From contig CAZIMC010000002.1 in NCBI GenBank assembly GCA_964540475.1, positions 111,551 through 175,550 on the forward strand: a stretch of 64,000 nt of DNA. Direction: 5' to 3'. Position 1 is the stretch's first letter. Every line of letters starts with the position of its first letter. The translations under genes and the position numbers were made by a program. Of this stretch, positions 1 through 8,066 are shown piece after piece. Under the pieces are notes generated by a model. It searched no databases. It was not told where the DNA came from and saw only the letters and a list, made by a program, of their open reading frames with translations. Source of the stretch: an uncultured Gammaproteobacteria bacterium (lineage in GTDB: Bacteria > Patescibacteriota > Microgenomatia > UBA8517).

Positions 1-88
1 ATGATGCTAAAACGCACCTTGAGCTAGATAATTTTGGATAAGAATGGCTTTTACAGCTAAAAGAACCGACTTAATGATAGAATAAGTT

Positions 89-709
89 ATGTCAAGTCCG
101 GCTCATGGAGACTACTTACCCAAAGCTAATAAAAATCAAATTAAAAAGTTCTCCCATTACTTAGCGCCTGGTGAAAAAATGCAGTATTTAACAGGTCTTT
201 CGCCACTTCATTTATTTCGATTCGGAGTGCTTCGCTACCTAGTCCCGGGTATTCCGGTAATTATTCTTACAGTCATCTTTATGCAAATTGCAGGGGTACA
301 CCTGGTGTTTGGATTATTACTTGGATATTTTCTGGCTTTTATAGTTTCACTAATAATGGTCTATTTTGAGGCGGCAGGAACTCAGTATATTCTTACAAAC
401 AAAAGGCTTATTATGCAACTTGGATACTTCAATGTAAGTTTAACTTCCGCGGTGTATGACAAAATAACGCACGTTGAAGTGCGGCAAGGCTTTGTCGAGC
501 GGGCAATTTATAAATTCGGGAAAGTGATTATCCACACGGCAGGCTCAAAAAACAAAGAAATAGTTCTTGATAACATTGCCCACCCCCTTAAATTCAAGAA
601 CCTAATGGAAAAGCTTATTGACGAAGCAGGACAAAAAGAGAAAAAAGCTAAAAATGAAAAATACAAACCAAAATGGCGCCAAACCAGAGGGTTTAAAAAG
701 ATACTTTAA
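89..709 (+). CDS. membrane protein with bacterial PH (bPH_2, YdbS/YdbT-like) domain
   Basis: 206-aa ORF. Two predicted TM helices (LVPGIPVIILTVIF / LLLGYFLAFIVSLIMVYF). These are followed by YILTNKRLI...KITHVEV...VIIHTAG, a pattern typical of bPH_2 domains. Lys-rich C-terminal tail. Confidence 0.5.
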   Translation: MSSPAHGDYLPKANKNQIKKFSHYLAPGEKMQYLTGLSPLHLFRFGVLRYLVPGIPVIILTVIFMQIAGVHLVFGLLLGYFLAFIVSLIMVYFEAAGTQYILTNKRLIMQLGYFNVSLTSAVYDKITHVEVRQGFVERAIYKFGKVIIHTAGSKNKEIVLDNIAHPLKFKNLMEKLIDEAGQKEKKAKNEKYKPKWRQTRGFKKIL

Positions 710-777
710 TAGTGTTTGACAACCTTTGGTGTATCAGGTATTTGTTTGAATGGCAGATTAGCCGTAAAATTGCTTTA

Positions 778-1254
778 ATGGCTGAAATAGAAACACAGTC
801 GGGCTTTCAAATTGAAACATATCGTCCTATATACGAAGACCAAGTGGTTGATCTTATCGATAATTCACTTAAGGAAATGGGAGTAATCAAGAAGGGTGAA
901 GAAAAAATTGACGATCCGGACCTAAGGAGGATAAGCCAAGTTTATTCGGGGCGAGGTTGCTTTTGGATAGCAATTGATGGGAACAGTGTAATAGGCACGG
1001 TTGCTATCAGAGATTTGGGTGATGGTACAGCTAAGTTAAACAGAATGTTTGTTAAGAGTGATCATCATGGGAAGGGAGTGGGTCAGAAATTATTAGATCG
1101 CGCTTTACAGCATGCCAAGGACGAAGGTTTCAGTGAGGTGATTTTAAATACGCATGTTAATATGAAGCGGGCACACAGGTTTTATGAGAAAAATGGTTTT
1201 GTGCGTGTTGGCCAAGATGAAGAAAAGTATCATTATAGATTAGTTCTCCAATAA
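778..1254 (+). CDS. GNAT family N-acetyltransferase
   Basis: Start moved to ATG at 778 (MAEIETQ). Acetyl-CoA binding motif region: VAIRD...MFVKSDHHGKGVGQKLLDRALQHA...HRFYEKNGF. Confidence 0.75.
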   Translation: MAEIETQSGFQIETYRPIYEDQVVDLIDNSLKEMGVIKKGEEKIDDPDLRRISQVYSGRGCFWIAIDGNSVIGTVAIRDLGDGTAKLNRMFVKSDHHGKGVGQKLLDRALQHAKDEGFSEVILNTHVNMKRAHRFYEKNGFVRVGQDEEKYHYRLVLQ

Positions 1255-1330
1255 CACATCTACGTCGGATTTGTAACGATTATCTAAAGGGACATTCAAC
1301 ATGCCACACATCTGGAGTATTTAGCAGTGG

Positions 1331-1825
1331 GTGTATAATGCTTACATGGATATAGAAAAGATGTTAGCGCGAGGGTTGCAGAAAGGATTTGGCGGAGGCA
1401 CTGTTCGTCTTGGTGTTGGCCGAGGTGGTTTTGATGTGGAATCGAGTCACTTAGAGGGCGGGGGCAGTGTATATCATGACGAGTGGGTTGCTGATAGAGT
1501 AGGTGGTGGGCAAGAGTTGGTGCAAGTTGGGGATAGGATATATACGAGGGTGTACGCAGGTGGGACAATAGCCGAGAGTGAATTAAAAAGATTGGGGGTG
1601 ACCAAAAAAGAGGTAATTGCTTATTTGAAAAGTCAGATATTGCAAAACGGAGACAAGATAAGACTTCACAAAGATTTTTATCCAGAACCAGAAGGTGATT
1701 GGGGATATACGTATAAAATTATTGATAGCGAAGAAGGTGTTCCAATGACCACTGGAAAGGAATGCATTTACTACAAGGGACAAATGGTTTTTACACACAT
1801 ATTCCTTCTTTGCCCAGTAGAGTAA
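1331..1825 (+). CDS. hypothetical protein (Gly-rich N-terminal half; possibly DUF5680-like)
   Basis: 164-aa ORF with no overlapping alternative. Motifs YHDEW and YTRVYAGG. Family assignment is from memory only. Confidence 0.4.
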   Translation: MYNAYMDIEKMLARGLQKGFGGGTVRLGVGRGGFDVESSHLEGGGSVYHDEWVADRVGGGQELVQVGDRIYTRVYAGGTIAESELKRLGVTKKEVIAYLKSQILQNGDKIRLHKDFYPEPEGDWGYTYKIIDSEEGVPMTTGKECIYYKGQMVFTHIFLLCPVE

Positions 1826-1837
1826 CAAAATAGTTAT

Positions 1838-2407
1838 ATGACTGAGAATGTAGAGCCAAGAGAAAATTCTGAGATTTTGCAGGAGTTTCGTATTCGGCGA
1901 GCAACTGCCGAGGAGGCTCAAATTGTTTGGGGAATAATCGAAACTTGTGCTAAATGGCTATCTCAAAGAGGGTTAGAACATTGGGCACGTTATTATACAA
2001 AGGACATGGTTGATAAAATGATCAAAAAGAAAGATGTATTCCTGGCACTTAGTGACGGCAAACCTGTTGGGACAATCACAACCGGAAGTAACCCTCCTAA
2101 GTATTATAATGAAGCCGGGTATGCGGGGAAATTTACAAATCCGGAAGACCCGGCTGTTTATATAACGGCTGTTGCAGTGTTACCCGCAGAACACAAACGG
2201 GGGTTTGCTGGTCAAATGCTTCAATATATTGAAGACGAGGCATATCTGGCTGGCGCAGACTGGCTCCGGTTAGATTGCCGCGCCGAAGTGCCTGGACTGG
2301 TTGGCTTTTACGAAAAAAGAGGGTTTGTTAAACTTGGATCTTCTCCTGTTGATGAAGGCGAAGACGGAACATACTGGTTGATGGAAAAGAAAATAGCTAA
2401 AGCTTAA
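1838..2407 (+). CDS. GNAT family N-acetyltransferase
   Basis: 189 aa. Segments ITAVAVLPAEHKRGFAGQMLQYIEDEA and GFYEKRGF are typical of a GNAT core. Confidence 0.7.
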   Translation: MTENVEPRENSEILQEFRIRRATAEEAQIVWGIIETCAKWLSQRGLEHWARYYTKDMVDKMIKKKDVFLALSDGKPVGTITTGSNPPKYYNEAGYAGKFTNPEDPAVYITAVAVLPAEHKRGFAGQMLQYIEDEAYLAGADWLRLDCRAEVPGLVGFYEKRGFVKLGSSPVDEGEDGTYWLMEKKIAKA

Positions 2408-2852
2408 TTTCTGTAATATCCCAAGGATGTTTGTTGAGATCTGAATAGCGAATCCACTTGGGAGTGACTTTGAAGTAGGTAATACCTTTTCTTGATGCCC
2501 AACGCTCAGCCATTGGATTTTTCATCCAATACAATTTTTGGTACTTTTCTTTATTTTCACCAAACACCTCTTCCGCAATTCCTTCGTACTGAACTGTAAT
2601 GTTTTCATCCCAACCAATGACAAATGAAACATTCCTATTTGTTTGTAGATTCTTAAATTTTCTTGAGTGATCATAAGTATCAAATATTAGCTCAAATTCA
2701 CCAGACTCACCAAACTCCAAGACCGCTGATTCTGGTTTGTTGTCTGGACCAACCGTAGAGATGACGGCCAATTTTTGTTTTTTGATGAAGTTTAATATTT
2801 CTTCTTTCGTAACCACCAACCAATTATAACAATTTAAGAAATTATTTCTCAT
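2397..2852 (-). CDS. pyridoxamine 5'-phosphate oxidase-like FMN-binding split-barrel protein
   Basis: 151 aa. N-terminal ILNFIKKQKLAVISTVGPDNKPESAVLEF is PNPOx-like. Start codon CAT at 2850-2852 was verified. Confidence 0.6.
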   Translation of the reverse strand: MRNNFLNCYNWLVVTKEEILNFIKKQKLAVISTVGPDNKPESAVLEFGESGEFELIFDTYDHSRKFKNLQTNRNVSFVIGWDENITVQYEGIAEEVFGENKEKYQKLYWMKNPMAERWASRKGITYFKVTPKWIRYSDLNKHPWDITEIKL

Positions 2853-2969
2853 GTCTATTGATATTCGAACTGAAGTATTGTAACATTTGCTTGGTTTTAC
2901 ATCTTAGAATTGGAAGGAGAAGAACAGTGGGAAGAGGAGTTAGGATTACATATAATTTTTATAGGTTGA

Positions 2970-2998
2970 CCGGAGGCATCTCGCCTACCGGTTTTTTT
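2970..2998 (+). terminator. Rho-independent terminator-like hairpin plus U-tract
   Basis: Stem ccggaggc / gcct(a)ccgg: 8 bp, GC-rich, 1-nt bulge. Loop atctc. Followed by seven T. Sits immediately upstream of the first gene of the putative island. Confidence 0.55.
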
Positions 2999-3011
2999 GT
3001 GGTGAAAGGGG

Positions 3012-3437
3012 GTGATTAAAGTGGGATTAAACATAATTGATGGCTTGAAATCAGCAGGCAAAGTATTACTCGAAGCTAATAAATTTGAACAATACCAACA
3101 AATAATTTTAGCCCAGCAAAAGATATTGAATCAGCAGGAAGAAATTGCTTTAAAGCAAGAAAAAATAAACTTACTTAAGAAACAAAATGAGAAATTGTCT
3201 GAAAAAATCAAAACCCAAAACAAGCTTATTTACGAGGAAAATTCATATTGGATAGTTGAAGACAATAACAAAATTGGACCATATTGTAGCAACTGTTGGG
3301 ATTCTAACACCCGAAGAGTCAGAATGCATGACAGAGATGGCGGTTACTATTTATGTCCAAGTTGTAAAACGGGAACACATATGAGTCCAGAATACACCAG
3401 TGTTAGAACAGTAAAACAACCGGAAAATTACTTCTAG
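3012..3437 (+). CDS. coiled-coil protein with C-terminal Cys4 zinc ribbon
   Basis: 141 aa. Q/K/E-rich heptad-like middle section. C-terminal CSNCW...CPSCK. Appears to use a non-ATG (GTG) start. Printed sequence and track differ by 1 nt here. Confidence 0.5.
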   Translation: MIKVGLNIIDGLKSAGKVLLEANKFEQYQQIILAQQKILNQQEEIALKQEKINLLKKQNEKLSEKIKTQNKLIYEENSYWIVEDNNKIGPYCSNCWDSNTRRVRMHDRDGGYYLCPSCKTGTHMSPEYTSVRTVKQPENYF

Positions 3438-3659
3438 ATGGTTTAATTGCTTTCTAAATTATAAAATAGTCTTATGTCCTTATCGGTTGGCACAAACAAC
3501 GAAAATCCTCATATTTATCCTTCCATTTTAGCTTCCACCCACCACAGCCTAGAAAAGAGAGAGTCATAGTCAACAGGGATGTTCGCGGACGAATAATTTT
3601 ATCCTTGCCTCCACCAGGAATTTATTAACCCTATAATCGTAGCAATCTGAACCTGAAAC

Positions 3660-3668
3660 TGCTATAAT
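3660..3668 (+). promoter_or_regulatory. extended -10 promoter element (TGcTATAAT) upstream of the TM/NTase pair
   Basis: Perfect TATAAT preceded by TGn, 27 nt upstream of the ATG at 3695. A second TATAAT lies at 3632-3637. AAGGA RBS at about 3683. Confidence 0.35.
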
Positions 3669-3694
3669 TTGCTCAACAGAATAAGGATTTATAT

Positions 3695-4198
3695 ATGACT
3701 TTTGTTGAGGTACTGGACTGGGTAGGGCGGATTTCCACAATTGTATTCATTTTAACCATTATTGCCGGAATTTATGCTTGGTTTAGAGGAATTTTACCGG
3801 CTTTACTAAGGCTTGGTAACGGATTGGCTAAACGGAAAATTGCTATTTACGCAAAGGGCGATAACTTCTCAAGTCTTAATGATTTGTTAATTGACTCCAA
3901 ATTGTTCCGAAAAGGAAATATAGTTAAAATTTCCAGTAAAAATGATTTGGGGAAAAGTGATGGCGCGACAATTTTTTTAGTTTACTGGCCTGACTGGAAA
4001 CAAGAAATTTTAGATATACTGAAAATTAAGAGGGACGCTTCTGCTTTAGTTGTGTATGCACCCCAAGAACAGGGTTTTATTCCCAAAGAGCAAATGGACA
4101 AGCTGAATGAACACCGCTGTGTTACTGTTACAAATTTTAGAGGCAGGTTAATCAATGATGTAGTGGTAAGTATGATTACCACTGGATATGACAAATAA
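3695..4198 (+). CDS. single-pass membrane protein with C-terminal Rossmann/flavodoxin-like (TIR-/SLOG-like?) domain; putative effector/sensor partner of the downstream NTase
   Basis: 167 aa. N-terminal TM helix (ISTIVFILTIIAGIYAWF). Alternating beta/alpha hydrophobic pattern: KIAIYAKGD, ATIFLVYWPDW, ALVVYAPQE. Ends 5 bp before the next gene. Confidence 0.5.
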   Translation: MTFVEVLDWVGRISTIVFILTIIAGIYAWFRGILPALLRLGNGLAKRKIAIYAKGDNFSSLNDLLIDSKLFRKGNIVKISSKNDLGKSDGATIFLVYWPDWKQEILDILKIKRDASALVVYAPQEQGFIPKEQMDKLNEHRCVTVTNFRGRLINDVVVSMITTGYDK

Positions 4199-4203
4199 TT
4201 ACA

Positions 4204-4980
4204 ATGACACCTTTGGAATATGTAAACCAAGTACTAAATAGATATAACACATTTTCTGCGACTTTTTTACCTCAAACACCCGTGTACCAATTAATGTTTC
4301 AGCTAATAAACTATTGGGTTACCATGCACAATTTACAAGGATATTTATATGTTTCAGGTTCTAATGCCAAAGGTACAGCTATTGCGGGGGAAGCTGATGT
4401 TGACTTGTTTGTATCGCTTCACCCCAATGCGCTAAATGCCCGGACACTTGCTGACATCTATAATTCCTTAGCACAATTTTTAAGGCAACGGGGTTATTCC
4501 GTGAGAAGACAAAACGTATCCGTAAGAATCAACCATGGTGGGGTTGAAGTAGATATAGTCCCTGGTGTTAAATTTGGTGGTAATACAAATGACCATTGGT
4601 TGCATGTAACCAAGTCAGGTCGGGATAGGATAAAAACAAATATAGATGTGCATATTACTAGAGTAGCAAACTCAGGTAGGATACCAGAAATCCGATTAAC
4701 AAAAATTTGGCGAAGAAATAAAGGGTTAGATTTTCCTTCAATATATCTTGAGGAATGTGTTATCAATTGCTTATCAGGTTACAGATTTGGTAATACTGAT
4801 GCTAACTTTTTGAGAGTACTAGAATACTTATCGACTAACTTTGTAAACGCGAGAATAGTAGACCCAGCAAATACAGCTAATGTTATTTCTGACGATTTGA
4901 CATTACACGAGAAACAGTTAATCAGCTCAACTGCAAATTTCAGTAGATTTCAACCAAATTGGGGAACAATCGTTTGGTAA
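4204..4980 (+). CDS. cGAS/DncV-like (CD-NTase) or SMODS-type nucleotidyltransferase
   Basis: 258 aa. Pol-beta NTase signature GSNAKGTAIAGEADVDLFV (GS-x11-DxD). Third acidic residue sits in VEVDIVPG (hDhhP strand). The pattern is shared with OAS/cGAS/DncV/SMODS. Confidence 0.65.
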   Translation: MTPLEYVNQVLNRYNTFSATFLPQTPVYQLMFQLINYWVTMHNLQGYLYVSGSNAKGTAIAGEADVDLFVSLHPNALNARTLADIYNSLAQFLRQRGYSVRRQNVSVRINHGGVEVDIVPGVKFGGNTNDHWLHVTKSGRDRIKTNIDVHITRVANSGRIPEIRLTKIWRRNKGLDFPSIYLEECVINCLSGYRFGNTDANFLRVLEYLSTNFVNARIVDPANTANVISDDLTLHEKQLISSTANFSRFQPNWGTIVW

Positions 4981-5187
4981 ATGCTTGTCCTCGCTAGTTT
5001 AGTGGTTTAACCCGTTGTTAGTGCTTCCATATACTTTTACACGCTAGGGATTTCAAGGGTTTTTAAGGGTAATACAGGGTGTAACAGGGTATATCTAGGT
5101 TCTACACAAACTTCAATTTTCTATATTCTAGACTTTCTAGTTGGTTTTTACCCAAAGCAAGGATTAACCAGAGTAAATAGAGCGTAA

Positions 5188-6462
5188 ATGAGATATAATT
5201 ACAATATGTCAGAAACACCACCAAATGTAGATAATATACCGATACCTAATAAACCTACTGCTCCAAAAGAATTAGGGAGAGTTGATTTTGCAGAAACCCC
5301 GTTACCTTTTGATGTAAAAGCTGCACAAACCCTCTTTCCAGACTCAAAGCACCTTAAATTACCTGATGGGAATGAGTATATTCTCGATAAAAATGGGAGA
5401 ACAATTATTCTTTTTGAGAAACCCACAGAGCAAGGATTTACTTCGGTTTACTCACCTTTACAACCAAGAGAATTACGACAACAAATCGCCCGTCTCCCAG
5501 AAGAGCAACAGCGTCAATTAGCACAATTACTTCACTTGCCGGATGTTGAGGCAGCAGATATTGTTTCTGCTGCTACCGAAGCAGGAGGTTTAGAAGATTT
5601 ATTAGTAAAGTTAAAAAAAAGACCCGTGACTTCGACTGTGGCGCAACACCGAGAACCTCGTGTTCCTGGTTCAGGACAAGGCATACATACAGAAAGCTCT
5701 GTTAGAGCAGACTTGCCACCAGCAGATTTACCAGATAATCATTTTGTTCAATTAAGCCGTGAAGAGTTTGAAGCGCGCAGAAGAGAACAATGGGAAGCTA
5801 TAAAAGAATTAGATGATAATGACCCTCGCAGAGTTGTTTATCTCAGACGATTTACAGAAGAGTACCGTTCATCCGTACCATTTAATCCAAAGCTTACAGC
5901 AGCTAGGGAAAACCCTTATCAATACTATGTTGTTGATACTTCAAAAATGGGTGAATTGCCGAAAGTGGAGCCATACAGACCATCTCTTGATATACCGAAA
6001 GGAGCAAAGGTTGGTATGGTAATTGGCTACCATCATTTAGAAAAACCGTGGGGTCATTTATTTACAGAGATGCTACAGCAGCAAGCTCAATATGACCCAA
6101 GTCAAATAGAATTTATTTTTATTCAAAATAAAGAAAAGCCAACGGGTGAGCAATCACCTGCGTCAGACCGTGAAATACAGGAAGCAGTAAGGACAAGAGG
6201 GATTACGCATGTAATTGATGTGCATGAGCAACTTGCAACATTAAATCATTATATGGACTCGCATGATAACCCTCAGTTTAGAGAAGCAAGAAAAAGTGGT
6301 TCACAAGGTGAATACACACTTGATCCGTTTGTTCCAACCTGGATGATTGAACAGTATTATCAAGGGCGTGTGTACCCACAATTACAATATGGTGTAAATG
6401 ACCAAATTAAAAAGGTGGAAGCATTGGTCAAAGGTATAGGTAAAGAACCTCAAAAACAGTAA
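5188..6462 (+). CDS. hypothetical protein (island cargo)
   Basis: 424-aa ORF with no recognisable motif. Q/E/R-rich middle. Lies within the recombinase-bounded island. Confidence 0.5.
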   Translation: MRYNYNMSETPPNVDNIPIPNKPTAPKELGRVDFAETPLPFDVKAAQTLFPDSKHLKLPDGNEYILDKNGRTIILFEKPTEQGFTSVYSPLQPRELRQQIARLPEEQQRQLAQLLHLPDVEAADIVSAATEAGGLEDLLVKLKKRPVTSTVAQHREPRVPGSGQGIHTESSVRADLPPADLPDNHFVQLSREEFEARRREQWEAIKELDDNDPRRVVYLRRFTEEYRSSVPFNPKLTAARENPYQYYVVDTSKMGELPKVEPYRPSLDIPKGAKVGMVIGYHHLEKPWGHLFTEMLQQQAQYDPSQIEFIFIQNKEKPTGEQSPASDREIQEAVRTRGITHVIDVHEQLATLNHYMDSHDNPQFREARKSGSQGEYTLDPFVPTWMIEQYYQGRVYPQLQYGVNDQIKKVEALVKGIGKEPQKQ

Positions 6463-6595
6463 GTATTTTTTGCCCCAGCGATTTTTCAAATAACCATCCA
6501 TCTCCATGATACAAAAACTTTTCGACTCCAATTAGATGCGTTTTATTTAGTTTAGCTGTATTTCACTTTGTCCCGTTATGTCGGTCATTTCTGTA

Positions 6596-6639
6596 TTGAC
6601 AACTGCCCATTTTATTTACTAATATTGTTACATAACAAT
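6596..6639 (+). promoter_or_regulatory. sigma70-like promoter (TTGACA-N18-TAATAT) overlapped by a 16-bp palindromic operator (ATTGTTACATAACAAT)
   Basis: Read directly from the sequence. A second inverted repeat, GTCAAC-ac-GTTGAC, lies at 6672-6685. Both are upstream of the 6774 gene. Confidence 0.35.
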
Positions 6640-6773
6640 TCAATAATTTGTCCGTTTAGTTTTGCCGTACAGTCAACACGTTGACGCTTTTTAAGGCAAT
6701 CGGAGTAGGACGCATTCAGCCCTCAAGGCGATTGTTGCTTACAATTGATTGCTTTTTTATTGGCAAAATAAAT

Positions 6774-7028
6774 ATGGACGAAAAATCAATATACTTTATT
6801 ACTGATAATTTGATACTTGCTTCTGTTCTCAAGAGCGAAGGTTTCCAAATTGTTGGGATAAATAAGAAAAATCCTCGCCACTCATATTTTGAATTCCTCA
6901 AGGATGATGAATTGGTCGAAGTAGTCAAACAATTCTGGTCTGACACCCTCTTAATTAGTCCCAAGCGTTTTGCATCTTCTATGAAGGAGCTTAAAACCAT
7001 GCTGTATGACCAATCATTTAGCATGTAG
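6774..7028 (+). CDS. small phage-associated protein (DUF5659-like)
   Basis: 84 aa from the ATG at 6774 (MDEKSIYFITDNLILASVL...). Family assignment is tentative. Confidence 0.4.
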   Translation: MDEKSIYFITDNLILASVLKSEGFQIVGINKKNPRHSYFEFLKDDELVEVVKQFWSDTLLISPKRFASSMKELKTMLYDQSFSM

Positions 7029-7030
7029 GT

Positions 7031-7243
7031 TTGCTGGGACAAAATATGAATAACAATAACAATCGAAACCTCAATGTCTTTGTCAAACCCAATGGTAACA
7101 GAGGATTGAATTATCGTTACCAGAAACTATCCACTAAAAGGGATAGGTCAGACTTTGCCAACTTTTGGTATTGGGCTCATGCCCTGCTTGACTCAATTGG
7201 CAGGGAAAGATTTGAGCCTAGTAGGCATGTTTATAAACTATGA
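7031..7243 (+). CDS. small Asn-rich hypothetical protein
   Basis: 70 aa. Its stop overlaps the start of the next gene (7240). Low complexity (NNNNNRN). Confidence 0.3.
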   Translation: MLGQNMNNNNNRNLNVFVKPNGNRGLNYRYQKLSTKRDRSDFANFWYWAHALLDSIGRERFEPSRHVYKL

Positions 7244-7776
7244 GAAGAATAAAACTAACCCAGAATAGATACGCTTTAGTGGATGACGAAGATTATGATT
7301 ATTTGAGCCAATACAAATGGGCTTATAACCGAAATAGGGGTTATGCATTTCGAAATTTACCCAGAGGTAAGGGTATACGCAAATCAGTATATATGCATAG
7401 AGAGATTATTAGGGCTTTGCCTGGTCAAGAAGTAGACCACATAAATAATATCAAGTTAGACAACCGTAAAAAAAATTTAAGAATATGTTCGCACATAGAA
7501 AATCAAAGAAACCTACCCCTATCAAGAAATACATCTGGTTATAGAGGAGTCTCCTGGTATAAGCCTACAGGCAAGTGGAGAGCAACTATAAAAGTGAACA
7601 AGAAATTTAAGCATTTAGGATTATTTGAAAACATAATTGATGCAGCAAAGGCATTCGACAGGGCAGCAAAAATTTACCACGGCGGTTATGCAAGGTTAAA
7701 CTTTGGTCAAAGACAAGAATATGCTATTACGTCTTATCTGACCTATGTTAATGGTTTATCAGCATTAGGTAGCTAA
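7240..7776 (+). CDS. HNH endonuclease fused to AP2 DNA-binding domain (phage-type homing endonuclease)
   Basis: HNH_3 motif VDHINNIKLDNRKKNLRICSHIENQRN. AP2 domain YRGVSWYKPTGKWRATIKVNKKFKHLGLFENIIDAAKAFDRAAKIYHG. Confidence 0.8.
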   Translation: MRRIKLTQNRYALVDDEDYDYLSQYKWAYNRNRGYAFRNLPRGKGIRKSVYMHREIIRALPGQEVDHINNIKLDNRKKNLRICSHIENQRNLPLSRNTSGYRGVSWYKPTGKWRATIKVNKKFKHLGLFENIIDAAKAFDRAAKIYHGGYARLNFGQRQEYAITSYLTYVNGLSALGS

Positions 7777-7823
7777 CCAGACTAGCCTTATGTGATGTAA
7801 GGCCTTAATATCAATAAAAAATT

Positions 7824-8066
7824 ATGAAAAGAGTGATGGAACCGAAATTATTATTCCGATATTTGGATAATGAAGATAGCGAAACTCGCCTTAAAACCGC
7901 ATATTGGAGGATATTTCGACAGGCACGAAAGAACTTAATTCGAAGAAAGAAAATGTTGGGGATAGATTATCTCCATACATATGAACTAATACCCGTGAAG
8001 AAAATAAAAATAAGAATAATTAACCCTGTTTTATACGACAGGGACAAAATAAGAATTTATGGATAA
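7824..8066 (+). CDS. small basic protein, possible recombination directionality factor
   Basis: 80 aa, Arg/Lys-rich. Lies immediately upstream of, and overlaps by 8 bp, the serine recombinase gene. Confidence 0.35.
   Translation: MKRVMEPKLLFRYLDNEDSETRLKTAYWRIFRQARKNLIRRKKMLGIDYLHTYELIPVKKIKIRIINPVLYDRDKIRIYG

Noticed and set aside
3011-3437. Apparent 1-nt inconsistency between the printed sequence and the ORF-track frame for the 3012-3437 ORF (GTG read at 3011; an extra base near 3419-3423)
   Set aside because: I cannot resolve this without tools. It is probably my reading error or a local indel. The track coordinates are kept, and a +/-1 nt uncertainty is flagged for my hand-derived coordinates between 2853 and 3694.
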